Positions 30,630-40,026 of a stretch of 52,375 nt of DNA are shown here, piece after piece. The stretch is taken from contig JBDTOZ010000386.1 of NCBI GenBank assembly GCA_039932995.1, positions 1 through 52,375 of the forward strand, written 5' to 3'. The notes under the pieces were generated by a model. It searched no databases, was not told the DNA's origin, and was given only the letters and a program-made list of their open reading frames with translations. Made by a program: the position numbers and the translations under genes. Numbering within the stretch: position 1 is the first letter of the stretch; the number at the start of each line of letters is the position of its first letter. The DNA comes from Acidobacteriota bacterium (GTDB taxonomy: Bacteria > Acidobacteriota > Thermoanaerobaculia > Gp7-AA8).

Positions 30630-31502
30630 TCAGCGGTCGGTCTGTTGCTGGATCTGCTGCGTCATCCGCGTCAGAACGTTGCCCGGCCCGATCTCGGTGA
30701 ATTGCGTGACGCCCTGGCCGATCAGGAAGCGGATGCTTCGGGTCCACTGCACGGAATGGGTAATCTGGTCCACGAGGAGCGACTTGACCGATTCCGATGC
30801 GGCGTCGCTCGGATACGGCTGTGCGGTCGCATTGGCAATGACCGGCGTCTGCGGCGCGGCGAAGGACATCGGTGCGAGAAACTCCCTGAAAGCCTTCGCC
30901 GCCTCCGCCATGTAGCGCGAGTGAAACGCCGCGCTGACCTGCAGGGGAACGTACATCTGCGCACCGGCCTGGTCGAACAGCGGACCGGCGCGCCGAATAT
31001 CCTCCACCGGGCCGGAGACGACCGTCTGCGCAGGCGTATTGAAGTTGGCCACATCGAGCGTCGTCAGGCCGTTCTCGCGGATCACCGTAGCGATCTTCTC
31101 CGGGTCGAGACCGATTACCGCCCCCATCCCGCCGTTCTTCGCCTGGGCCATCAGCTCACCCCGCTTCTGGACCATCCGCAGCCCCGTGAGCAGGTCGAAC
31201 GCACCGGCTGCCAGCAGCGCGTTGTACTCACCCAGACTGTGGCCGGCGAGATAAGCGGGCCGCACGCCCTGAGCCACCGCCTTGTAATAGTGCAGTGCAT
31301 TCACGACATACAGACTGGGCTGAGTGAACTGGGTCTCCTTCAACCGGTTCTCGGGGTCCTCGAGGCACAATCGGCGCATCGAGTAGCCGACAACGGCATC
31401 AACGTCCTTCTCGACCGCCGCGTACTCAGGCACTTCGTCGAAGAGGCCTTGCCCCATGCCACGCTTCTGTGAGCCTTGTCCTGGAAATACGAAGGCAATC
31501 AT
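30630..31502 (-). CDS. fabD: Discrete malonyl-CoA:ACP acyltransferase (trans-AT, PksC/FabD-like)
   Basis: MIAFVFPGQGSQ, TQFTQP, AGHSLGEY, ANFN, SAAFHS, EIGPG. RBS GGAG and an ATGA overlap with the PPTase stop. Confidence 0.92.
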   Translation of the reverse strand: MIAFVFPGQGSQKRGMGQGLFDEVPEYAAVEKDVDAVVGYSMRRLCLEDPENRLKETQFTQPSLYVVNALHYYKAVAQGVRPAYLAGHSLGEYNALLAAGAFDLLTGLRMVQKRGELMAQAKNGGMGAVIGLDPEKIATVIRENGLTTLDVANFNTPAQTVVSGPVEDIRRAGPLFDQAGAQMYVPLQVSAAFHSRYMAEAAKAFREFLAPMSFAAPQTPVIANATAQPYPSDAASESVKSLLVDQITHSVQWTRSIRFLIGQGVTQFTEIGPGNVLTRMTQQIQQQTDR

Positions 31503-32362
31503 CCAACTCTCCTGTCGAAATGATGATGGGAGCGCTCGCAGTGTTGCTCTGAAGTCCTCAGGAACACCGGAGCCCAATGTTGTTCGCTCATCAAGGGAAC
31601 CGTCCGCCGGACGACCACGGCCGGCGCGCTTCCTTCGAGACGTTCGGCGCAAAGCGCCACGAGATAGCTCGCCTCGGGCCGGAACTGCCAGAACTGCCAG
31701 CGATCGGGCACGTCGGCCAACTCCGGATCGATGGCAATCTCCACGGCGCGCGCGCCGGGATATTGAAAGCTGAACTTGTCGAGGGGCAGGGACAAACCCA
31801 TTCCCCGTGCCTTGATGTATGCCTCTTTGAAGGTCCAGTACTCGAAGAAGCGATACTGCTGCTCGTGAGCGGGCGCCGCCATCAGCGTCGTCACCTCACC
31901 CGGCGCGAAGTAACGGTCGGCAATGTCCATCGGCACATTCCTCGCCTCGACGTTCTCGACATCCACTCCCAGCTCCCTCTGCCGCGTCACCGCCAACACG
32001 ATCAGACTGTGAGTGTGGGAGATGTTGAAGGTCAGCAGGTCACGCTGTGCGGCGACGTTGGCAATCTCGGGCCGCCCATAGGCGTTCGTCTTGAAGATCC
32101 AATCCGCCGGCGCGATGGACGCGTAGCGTGACAGCACCGTCCGCACGAGGGCTCTCGTCACCAGGTAGCGGCGACGATCTCTGGCGAAATGGAACCGCGG
32201 CTCCTGCGCCGCCTCCTCCGCGTTGAGGAGACCGCGGTAATGTGCGTGCAGAAGTGGGTCCTCGATCTCGTCGTAGGAGGTCAGCCACAGATGAATCTCC
32301 CCAGGCGTTAGGGGAAGCTCTCCAGGCGTCGACTGCGCGATGGCTCTTTCCTCAGCACTCAT
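31499..32362 (-). CDS. Sfp-type 4'-phosphopantetheinyl transferase
   Basis: YGRPEI, FNISHT, LGVDVE, FFEYWTFKEAYIKARGMGL. Start trimmed to MSAEER. Confidence 0.93.
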   Translation of the reverse strand: MSAEERAIAQSTPGELPLTPGEIHLWLTSYDEIEDPLLHAHYRGLLNAEEAAQEPRFHFARDRRRYLVTRALVRTVLSRYASIAPADWIFKTNAYGRPEIANVAAQRDLLTFNISHTHSLIVLAVTRQRELGVDVENVEARNVPMDIADRYFAPGEVTTLMAAPAHEQQYRFFEYWTFKEAYIKARGMGLSLPLDKFSFQYPGARAVEIAIDPELADVPDRWQFWQFRPEASYLVALCAERLEGSAPAVVVRRTVPLMSEQHWAPVFLRTSEQHCERSHHHFDRRVG

Positions 32363-33113
32363 GAATGCACAGCAGGTCCTTGGAGGTGATCCAGGTCTCG
32401 CTCGGATAGCCGAACGCGTTGTTGACATAGGAGACGCCGTCGATCTTCACGTTGCGGTTCACGTGACTGTGCCCGTAGACATGGATGTCGGCGTCGAGCC
32501 CGCGCAACTCTCGCTCCAGCCTCGACGAGCCGAGAATTGGGTAGAGAACCTTGCTTGCGCAGGGCATGAATGCGGGCATGACATCGATGCGCGGAAGGAA
32601 GTGCGAGTAGGTGATGATTTGATCCGTCGTCGCTGCCACGGGCCGGTCGTTCAAGGCAGAGAAATGGGCGGCCACATCGTCTTCCGAATAGCCGCTGGGC
32701 CACCGGCAGGCGCGGTAGTCCATCCACATCGCACGCAGCTCCTCACTGGGCGCGCCGAAGGAGTAGTCATACCAGGCCAGCAAAGGGATGATGGTCACGC
32801 CCTTCCCGCGAAATGCCTGCATGGACGCGCCGCTCGCCTCCACCACCGTACAGACGTCGTCGAATTTCTCCAGCGAAGTCTTGTGGCGTCCATCGCGGAT
32901 GACCCACAGGTCGTGGTTCCCCGGCACGAAGAGCACCTTCTTGAAGCGCTTCGCCAGGGTGGTGAGGCCCCACTCCAGCAGACGCAGGGTATCGGTCACG
33001 TCGCCGGCCAGGATGAGCACATCCTCTCGATAGTCACTGGTCGAGAGCTGTGCCACCCACTTCGCGTTCGCGTCGTAGTCGATATGGATGTCCGAGACGG
33101 CAAAGATTCGCAT
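32352..33113 (-). CDS. Calcineurin-like metallophosphoesterase
   Basis: SDIH, LAGDV, PGNHD, SHF, GHSH motifs. Start MRIFAVSD at 33113. Confidence 0.9.
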   Translation of the reverse strand: MRIFAVSDIHIDYDANAKWVAQLSTSDYREDVLILAGDVTDTLRLLEWGLTTLAKRFKKVLFVPGNHDLWVIRDGRHKTSLEKFDDVCTVVEASGASMQAFRGKGVTIIPLLAWYDYSFGAPSEELRAMWMDYRACRWPSGYSEDDVAAHFSALNDRPVAATTDQIITYSHFLPRIDVMPAFMPCASKVLYPILGSSRLERELRGLDADIHVYGHSHVNRNVKIDGVSYVNNAFGYPSETWITSKDLLCIHEC

Positions 33114-33136
33114 GGGTCGTTTCGTGGTCTTCCGCT

Positions 33137-34096
33137 TCAGTGACCGGCGGAGACGGTGGCCAAATTCTTGAGGTCTGTTCCGAACGGCGTGAGGATGGCA
33201 CTGACCGTCGAGGCCGTGCCTGATGGAAGCCCGTACTTGAGAAACGTGGCCAGCGTGCCGGCCGGGCCGACGTCGATATACCGCCAGGGACCCTGCCGCT
33301 CGAGCCCGGCGATGGTCTCCCGGAAGCGGATCGGCTTCCGCACCACGTCCCAGAAGTAACTCTCGGAAAGCTGGGACACGACGGTTCCCTGATCGCTGCA
33401 CACCATGGGAACGTGTCCCGGCCGTGTGCCAATGGACCGCATGAACGTCTGGAAAGGAGCCCGCGCGCCGTCGATCCATTGCGAGTGAAAGGGGAACGTC
33501 ACCGGGAGTTGCTGATGGTTGACCTCGTATCTCCTCAGGTCGGCCCCGATCCCGGCCAGCTCGGTCTGCCGGGCGGTCACCACGAAGTGAGAGGCGAAAT
33601 TCACCGCGGCCAGCTCACTGCGCGCGCTGAGGAAGCTCTTCGCAAACAGTGCCGGATCCGCCAGTACCGCGGTCATGCCTCCCGGCTCGGCCCATTCCTC
33701 GAGCGCCAACGCCTGATGAACCACGGCGCGCAGCGCGTCTTCCACGTCGAGGAATCCACTCACCGCGGCAGCTGCGAACGACCCCATGCTGACGCCCAGC
33801 ACCAGGCTCGGGGTCACACCTGCCTGCATCAACGCCCGCGCCAGCGCCACTTCGACCATGAAGATTGCCGGATGGGTCAGCGAAGTGCGATCGAACGAAT
33901 CGCCTTTACTCTTGCCTTCGGAATAGAGAGCGGCCAGCACCGACTGACCCGATGTCTGCCGGACGACGTCGTCCAATCGGTTCATCCAGTCACGAAATGT
34001 CCCGTTGGCATCGTAAAGAGCCCTGCCCATGTGGAAGTACTGGGAGCCCTGCCCGGAGAACATGAATACGGTGCCTGGCTGCCTCACCGCGTTCAT
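33137..34096 (-). CDS. AT-fold protein, probable proofreading acyl hydrolase (PksD/PedC-like)
   Basis: VFMFSGQGSQY, active site LGVSMG (not GHSLG), FPFHS, DVGP. Confidence 0.8.
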   Translation of the reverse strand: MNAVRQPGTVFMFSGQGSQYFHMGRALYDANGTFRDWMNRLDDVVRQTSGQSVLAALYSEGKSKGDSFDRTSLTHPAIFMVEVALARALMQAGVTPSLVLGVSMGSFAAAAVSGFLDVEDALRAVVHQALALEEWAEPGGMTAVLADPALFAKSFLSARSELAAVNFASHFVVTARQTELAGIGADLRRYEVNHQQLPVTFPFHSQWIDGARAPFQTFMRSIGTRPGHVPMVCSDQGTVVSQLSESYFWDVVRKPIRFRETIAGLERQGPWRYIDVGPAGTLATFLKYGLPSGTASTVSAILTPFGTDLKNLATVSAGH

Positions 34097-34113
34097 CTGG
34101 GCCGGGCCGTCGA

Positions 34114-34881
34114 TCACGATTGCTCCCACGGAAACACTCCATGCTCGACATAGCGGGTGATGGCCTTCAAGTTGCCGGCGTCGGAGAAGACCTCCTGATT
34201 CCCGGCAATGGCCGCCGCTCTCTGCTCGTGCAGAGGCACACCCAACTGGCTCACGTAGCTCTTGTAGCGCCGGATGCCTACCTTCGACAGGCGTCGCAAC
34301 CGTTGCAGGTGCCGCCGCAAGAGCCCTTCGCTGGTCGCCTCCCATGCGTCGACCAGGCCGATCTCACTGGCTTGCTTCGCAGCGATGGGCTGGGTCATCA
34401 GCGTGAGGTAGTGCGCTTTCTGGAAGCCAATCCGCCGCACGAGAAACGGGAGCACGCACGCCGGGTAAAGGCCGAAAAGAAGCTCGGATAAACTGAATTG
34501 TGCGGTCTCGTCGGCGAGCACGATGTCACTCGAGGCGACGAAGCCGATTCCACCGGCATTGGCCTTCCCCCGCACGTGCGCAATCGTCACATACGGACCG
34601 GTGGCCATGCGCGTCCAGAGGTCGTAAAGCGGACCCGGGCCCTCGTCCGCATCCTCCCCTGCCAGCGGCGCCGCTGCAATGCTCTTGAAATCGGCTCCGA
34701 AGCAGAACACTTCCGGCGAGCCGCTCAGCACGACCACGGTTGCGCGGTCCTCGCATTCATCCAGCACCTGATGACACTCGGTCACCAGCTGGCCGCTGAT
34801 CGTATTGTTCGCTTCAGCGCGATCGAGCTGCAGGTAGCAGGTCGATTCCTGAAACTGCACCTTAATGGTCTTATAGGTCAC
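34114..34881 (-). CDS. pksH: Enoyl-CoA hydratase, beta-branching ECH1 (PksH-like dehydratase)
   Basis: EVFCFGADF, GKANAGGIGFVASSD, FSLSELLFGLYPACVLPFL, C-terminal GVFPWE. Confidence 0.88.
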   Translation of the reverse strand: MTYKTIKVQFQESTCYLQLDRAEANNTISGQLVTECHQVLDECEDRATVVVLSGSPEVFCFGADFKSIAAAPLAGEDADEGPGPLYDLWTRMATGPYVTIAHVRGKANAGGIGFVASSDIVLADETAQFSLSELLFGLYPACVLPFLVRRIGFQKAHYLTLMTQPIAAKQASEIGLVDAWEATSEGLLRRHLQRLRRLSKVGIRRYKSYVSQLGVPLHEQRAAAIAGNQEVFSDAGNLKAITRYVEHGVFPWEQS

Positions 34882-34929
34882 GAGTCACCGATGAATGCCG
34901 GCCGAGAAACACTGGGGGTGGGTCCTCTG

Positions 34930-36186
34930 TCAATGAGTCCGCTGCCAGCAGAGCGCCGTATTGATTCCGCCGAATCCCATGCTCAGGGTGAGGGCGTGCT
35001 CCACGGAATGATCCACGGCCTCCGCGCCCACCCACTGAAGCTGTCCGTCGAGCGGGTGATCGAGATTGCGCGTGGGGTGGAGGCGACCGGCCTCCATCTG
35101 CAGCAGGGTTGCGATCACTTCCACTGTGCCTGCGGCACTCAGTCCATGCCCGATCAGCGATTTGGTGGCGTTCAGAGCGGCCCCCGCCAGGCCACTGGCG
35201 CGAATTGCGTTCAGCTCCGTCTCGTCGCCCACGATCGAGCCGGTGCCATGCGGATTGACATAGTCGATCTGCTCCGGCGCCCAGCCGGCTGCGCAGAGAG
35301 CTTCACGAATGGCTTCGACCTCTCCTTCCAGCGAAGGGTCGGGATTGCGATTGCCATCCATGACCAGTCCCCATCCGTGCAGACCCGCGGAGGACGTCAC
35401 ACCACGACGCGCGCTCGATTCCTGCGATTCCAGAACGACCGCGCCACAGGATTCGCCGAAAATGAAGCCGTCGTGATCGCGATCGAACGGCCGGCAGGCC
35501 AGAGAGGGTTGGTCCGCGAAACGGTCCGAGCCCATGGCTCCCAGTGCACGCAGCCCGCGGCATTCCCAATGCGACAGATCCATGAGCGCTCCGACCGCAA
35601 TGCAGACGTCCACCTGGCCCGTCAGAATTGCTTGCGCCGCCTGCACGATCGCCAATTGCCCGCTCGCGGAAGCGCCGCCGACGGTATAGGCGAGCCCGCG
35701 AATCCCGAAGTGCGCCGTGCAGAACCCGCAGATGTCCGAATCCATGAAGGACAGCGCATACGTCGGCCGCAGGAACGCCGCGGAGTCGCGGTGCGTCTCG
35801 TGCGTCCGGGACAGCTCTCTTTGCTGAACGTTCGATCCCCCCACGATCAGCCCGATGCGGCGGGGATCGACCTCACCCAACCGGGCCTCGGTCCATGCTT
35901 CGTCCAGTACGGCCAACGCCACCTGCGCCGACAACGAGGCCGCACGCAGCGTTTGAGGGGCGATTCCGGCGGGAAACTCGATCGCGCCGATCTCGGCGCC
36001 GAGGTAGGAGGACTCGCGCTGGCGACCGGGACGCTGCATGACGCCGAAGGCCGTCTCTCCGGCGAACAGTGCCCGCGCAAACGCCGCTTTGCCCTGACCG
36101 ATGGCGGAAATCACACCCATCCCCGTGACCACCGCTCGCGGAGCCGGGGCTGCAGGGAGGCTGTTCTTGAGTGATCGCACGTTCAT
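34930..36186 (-). CDS. pksF: Decarboxylating ketosynthase of a beta-branching cassette (PksF-like)
   Basis: Active-site Cys replaced by Ser (TVGGASASG); YVNPHGTGS, TKSLIGHGL, SMGFGGIN. Confidence 0.88.
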   Translation of the reverse strand: MNVRSLKNSLPAAPAPRAVVTGMGVISAIGQGKAAFARALFAGETAFGVMQRPGRQRESSYLGAEIGAIEFPAGIAPQTLRAASLSAQVALAVLDEAWTEARLGEVDPRRIGLIVGGSNVQQRELSRTHETHRDSAAFLRPTYALSFMDSDICGFCTAHFGIRGLAYTVGGASASGQLAIVQAAQAILTGQVDVCIAVGALMDLSHWECRGLRALGAMGSDRFADQPSLACRPFDRDHDGFIFGESCGAVVLESQESSARRGVTSSAGLHGWGLVMDGNRNPDPSLEGEVEAIREALCAAGWAPEQIDYVNPHGTGSIVGDETELNAIRASGLAGAALNATKSLIGHGLSAAGTVEVIATLLQMEAGRLHPTRNLDHPLDGQLQWVGAEAVDHSVEHALTLSMGFGGINTALCWQRTH

Positions 36187-36254
36187 GTTGGTGACGACCG
36201 GAGGAGTCCGGCTGACGGTGGGAAGCGGTAGAAGGCGAACGACGGACGGCCGGC

Positions 36255-36503
36255 TTACGCGGCGTTCATTCTCTGGAGAAACAGGTCCGCGAGCTCACCG
36301 ATGTTCTTGGGTCCGAAGAGCTCGACGCGAGGAACGGACAACGCCAGCGACTCCTGCACCAGCATGGCGATCTCTGCTCGATCGACGGAATTCGCGCCCA
36401 AGTCGACCAGCCGGTCGGAAGGGACGAACGGATGAGTATCGAGACCCGGCAGAATCTCGCGGGTGTGTTGCGCGATCAGATCGAGGATGTCCGTTCTGGT
36501 CAT
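36255..36503 (-). CDS. acpK: Stand-alone donor ACP (AcpK-like)
   Basis: 82 aa from MTRTDIL; LGANSVDRAEI and NIGELAD signature; RBS GAGGAG. Confidence 0.9.
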   Translation of the reverse strand: MTRTDILDLIAQHTREILPGLDTHPFVPSDRLVDLGANSVDRAEIAMLVQESLALSVPRVELFGPKNIGELADLFLQRMNAA

Positions 36504-36642
36504 GATGGTTCGCTCTCCTCTAGAAGGCTGACAAAGGATTTCACGCGGGTATTGAGGGCTTCGAAACCGGGCAGGGGAAGTACGTGCCTTGGAACGAAGG
36601 CACGTCTCCAGTGCGTGTTTGACAGGTCCGCTTGCGGTGCCG

Positions 36643-36770
36643 AGGAGCCTGCGCGGCAGAATGTTTTCGCGAGGACGCACCGACGGAGCGACCGCACGTG
36701 CCCAAGGCTAAGCCAACCAGCGCTGGCGGCCGTGCCGCCCTATGCCAACCAGCGCTGCTGGCCGTGCCGG
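36643..36770. repeat. Dispersed ~98 bp repeat, copy B (36643-36740), followed by a ~30 bp tandem duplication of its right end; abuts the ABC ATPase stop
   Basis: aggagcctgcgcggcagaatg...gccaaccagcgctggcggccgtgccgccc then tatgccaaccagcgctgctggccgtgccgg. Confidence 0.88.
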
Positions 36771-37493
36771 CTAGGCTACGGTGATGGCCGCGGCCCGCGG
36801 GCGAATGCGACGATCATCGATCAGCTTTCCGTCGAAGAACGACACCTGCCGCTCGGCACGCTCGGCGAAGCGCGAGTCATGGGTGACCATGACGATGCTG
36901 CTGCCCTGCTGATGGAGTGCGGCCAGCAAGTCCATGATGAGCTCCGCATTCTTCGAGTCCAGGTTTCCGGTCGGCTCGTCCGCGAGGAGAACCTTAGGCT
37001 CACCCACCAGCGCCCGGGCAATGGCCACTCTCTGTTGCTGGCCGCCCGACAACTGCGCGGGAAAGTGTTTCTGGCGGTCGGAGATGTTCACCTTGTCCAG
37101 TGCGGCCAGGACCAGCTCGCGGCGCTGCTTCCGTGTGAGCTCGCTCCGATAGGTGAGCGGCAGCTCCACATTCTCGAACGCGCTCATGTCGGCAATGAGG
37201 TTGAAGGCCTGGAAGATGAAACCAATCTCCCGGCTCCGCACCCGCGCCTGCTCGGCTGAATGCAGTCGCGTCACCTCGGCGCCATTGAGGTAATACTTCC
37301 CCTCGGTGGCCGAGTGCAGGAGGCCCATGACGGACAACAGCGTGGATTTCCCACATCCGGATGGTCCACTGATCGACACGTACTCACCCTGATCGATACT
37401 CAGGTGCACATTGTCCAACGCCGAGGTTTCCATCTCCTCGGTATAGAACTTTTTCGTAATGCCTTGAAGGCTGATTAAGGGCTGAATGCTCAT
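36771..37493 (-). CDS. ABC transporter ATP-binding protein (MacB/LolD-type)
   Basis: [32 protein letters not shown]. Confidence 0.95.
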   Translation of the reverse strand: MSIQPLISLQGITKKFYTEEMETSALDNVHLSIDQGEYVSISGPSGCGKSTLLSVMGLLHSATEGKYYLNGAEVTRLHSAEQARVRSREIGFIFQAFNLIADMSAFENVELPLTYRSELTRKQRRELVLAALDKVNISDRQKHFPAQLSGGQQQRVAIARALVGEPKVLLADEPTGNLDSKNAELIMDLLAALHQQGSSIVMVTHDSRFAERAERQVSFFDGKLIDDRRIRPRAAAITVA

Positions 37494-37529
37494 TTGAATG
37501 ACTCCACTCGTTCAAATTTGGACTGGCGA

Positions 37530-39956
37530 TTACTCGTAACGGAGCGCATCTCCGGGCTCCAGCGCCACCGCGCGGCGGCCCGGAAGATACGTTGCGGCAA
37601 AGATCACGGCAGCCATCAGAAGCACGACACTGACCGTCGACAGCAGGGCGTAGTCGAAAATGTTCGTGTATACCCTGCTCATGGGCGCCATGAGCATGGT
37701 CCCCAGTGCGACACCGACCAGTGCCACCAGCAGATAGCGGGCGCCCTGACGATGGAACATCGAGGTGGAGCGCCACGGCGTGGCTCCCAGCGCCCGGCGG
37801 ATCCCCACTTCATGGGTGCGCTGCGCCACCGAGCGACTGATGAGGCCGAACAGACCCGACGCCGTGACCAGGGCCGTGATGAGGGCGATGGCGATGACGA
37901 TCGGCATCAGGGCCTTGAGGTTGAACCTCATTGCCGCGAGATAGTCATCCAGCGTCTGCAGATTCCGGAAGGGCAGATCGCGATCGACGCCAAACGCAGC
38001 GGCGCGGATCGCCACCCGGCTGTCGGGTGCCGTGCCCGGCAATCGTGTGAGGGTATGAAACTCCGCCGGCACCGCCTGACGTAGTGGGCGATACAGCGCA
38101 CCAATGTCATCCTTCGTATAAGGGCGGCCACCCGTCACGGAGGAGACCACCCCGACGATGGTGAGCCAGGGCCCGTTGTCCGTCGGGTTCAACTGCACCC
38201 GCTTGCCGATGACGTTCTGCCCCGGCCAGTAGCGCGTGGCCAGCTCTTCATCGACGATGGCCACGTTCAAGGAGGTGCCGTTGTCCGTACTATCGAATAG
38301 ACGACCCGTACGAAGCGTCACACCCAGCATCTCGAAGTAATTGTCGGACACCGCCGAGAACGGCAACGTGGCCTGTCCCTGTCTCTCGGTTCCCTGCCGG
38401 CCTTCGATCGCCGCGGGCACCCGTCCGGGCGTGCTGGGCTGGTCGGAGGCGAAGGCCACCTCGGAGCCGGAGATCTTGTTCTCGATTGCAGCCTTCAAAT
38501 CCTCCCAGTACCGGAGACGCCGAACCGGATCGGAATACCGGGCATCGAACACCGTGGCCGAGGTGGGCATGACGATGTTTGCGCTCTCGAGGCGGGTCGG
38601 TTTGCTGGTCTCCTTGTTGAGCGCAAGCACCATGCTCACGCAGATCACCATCACCAGGGAGGAAATGACCACCTGCAGACCGACGAGCAGGCCGGCACTC
38701 TTGTTGCTGCCACGGATGGCCACGCCCTTTCCGCTCCCTGCCAGCACCGTGGCCGCGTCATGACGCGTGATCCGCCAGGCCGGCACGAGAGTACTGAGCA
38801 ACCAGATGGCAATGGCGGCGCAGATGGCCACCGTCAGATCGATCGTCCGCAGCACAGGGAGCCCGTTCAGGCGTCCAATGGCCAGGAAGCGGTTCAAATA
38901 GTCCTGCCAGGCGTCGGTCCATCGGAAACCCATGACCGCCAGCGCGTACGCAACCACGAGGCCCAGCAACACCAGCGGCGCCGTCTCGAGCAGGGACTGG
39001 CGCAGGAGTCGCGCGCGTGAGGCGCCGAGCGCGGTTCGCAAGGCCAGTTCCCGGCTCCTTTCCAGCAGGCGCGCCAGAAACACCAGACTGATGTTCAGAG
39101 CGCCGAGCAGAAGCACGGACGCGGCCATGAAGATCAGAATGGCAACGACCGGCGTTGCGCCATAGAAGTACGTGCGATGCGAGGGAATCAGCGTTGGATG
39201 CCGGGCCGCATTGAACACATCCGGATAGTTCTTGTTGACGCCCGCCACGGCGGGGGTCATCTCGTTCAAGACCGCGCTCAGGTTCTGCTTTGGGCCCAGG
39301 ACGATGATGGGGTTCAGCATCGCCTTCGAGTCGCCCGGGCGCGCCAGACCGGCCAGACGCAGTGGAACGAAGAGCTCGAAGTCCCAGAGAACGAAGAACT
39401 CCTTGCGCATCACGCCGACGATCTGCACCGGCACCGCGTCGACTCGAATGGTCCTGCCGATGATGGCGGGATCCGCCGCGAAGTAGCTCTGCCAGGCGTC
39501 GTAGCTGAGAATCGCCACAGCGGGAGCGCCGAGCTGAGCGTCGCCCGGCTGGAGCGTACGGCCCATGAGCGGCACCACCTGCGCGAGCAGACGCGGGCTG
39601 ATGGTGGCCGTGCGCAACGTGGTACTGGCCTGTCCCTCACTGAGTACGGTCGCGCCGTTCACGAACGCGCCGAGATGTTCGACGGACCGGGTGCGCTTGA
39701 CGATTTCCTGGTAGGTGTAGGCATCGACGGAGGACGGCCGCGGCCGCGCCTTCGCGTCGGCGGCCATCTGGACGGTATACCAGCGCTCCGAATGCGGAAG
39801 TCCCATCGGCTTCAGAAGCTGCGGATAGGCCACCGCGCACCACGTCCAGAGTGCCAGGCCCACACTGAGAGCCACCACACTCGCGCAGAGCAGCGTATAG
39901 CCCCACGACTTGTTCAGCAGACGCCAGGAATACTTCAAATCGAGCAACGAACTCAT
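37530..39956 (-). CDS. ABC transporter permease (duplicated MacB-PCD/FtsX type)
   Basis: Start MSSLLDLKYSWR. Two FtsX-like motifs (RSRELALRTALGAS, RTHEVGIRRALGAT) and C-terminal ALRYE. Confidence 0.9.
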   Translation of the reverse strand: MSSLLDLKYSWRLLNKSWGYTLLCASVVALSVGLALWTWCAVAYPQLLKPMGLPHSERWYTVQMAADAKARPRPSSVDAYTYQEIVKRTRSVEHLGAFVNGATVLSEGQASTTLRTATISPRLLAQVVPLMGRTLQPGDAQLGAPAVAILSYDAWQSYFAADPAIIGRTIRVDAVPVQIVGVMRKEFFVLWDFELFVPLRLAGLARPGDSKAMLNPIIVLGPKQNLSAVLNEMTPAVAGVNKNYPDVFNAARHPTLIPSHRTYFYGATPVVAILIFMAASVLLLGALNISLVFLARLLERSRELALRTALGASRARLLRQSLLETAPLVLLGLVVAYALAVMGFRWTDAWQDYLNRFLAIGRLNGLPVLRTIDLTVAICAAIAIWLLSTLVPAWRITRHDAATVLAGSGKGVAIRGSNKSAGLLVGLQVVISSLVMVICVSMVLALNKETSKPTRLESANIVMPTSATVFDARYSDPVRRLRYWEDLKAAIENKISGSEVAFASDQPSTPGRVPAAIEGRQGTERQGQATLPFSAVSDNYFEMLGVTLRTGRLFDSTDNGTSLNVAIVDEELATRYWPGQNVIGKRVQLNPTDNGPWLTIVGVVSSVTGGRPYTKDDIGALYRPLRQAVPAEFHTLTRLPGTAPDSRVAIRAAAFGVDRDLPFRNLQTLDDYLAAMRFNLKALMPIVIAIALITALVTASGLFGLISRSVAQRTHEVGIRRALGATPWRSTSMFHRQGARYLLVALVGVALGTMLMAPMSRVYTNIFDYALLSTVSVVLLMAAVIFAATYLPGRRAVALEPGDALRYE

Positions 39957-40026
39957 GATCGATACCTCGCGAGGGAGAGATTGGCCGAAGCGATTGTGAC
40001 GAGGACGGCCGGGAGAGACTGGCCCG

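Noticed and set aside
36643-36770. Possible CRISPR-like or complete IS/MITE call for the dispersed repeat
   Set aside because: Only two short tandem units with no spacers and no cas genes; no transposase or paired terminal inverted repeats, so it is reported only as a repeat.
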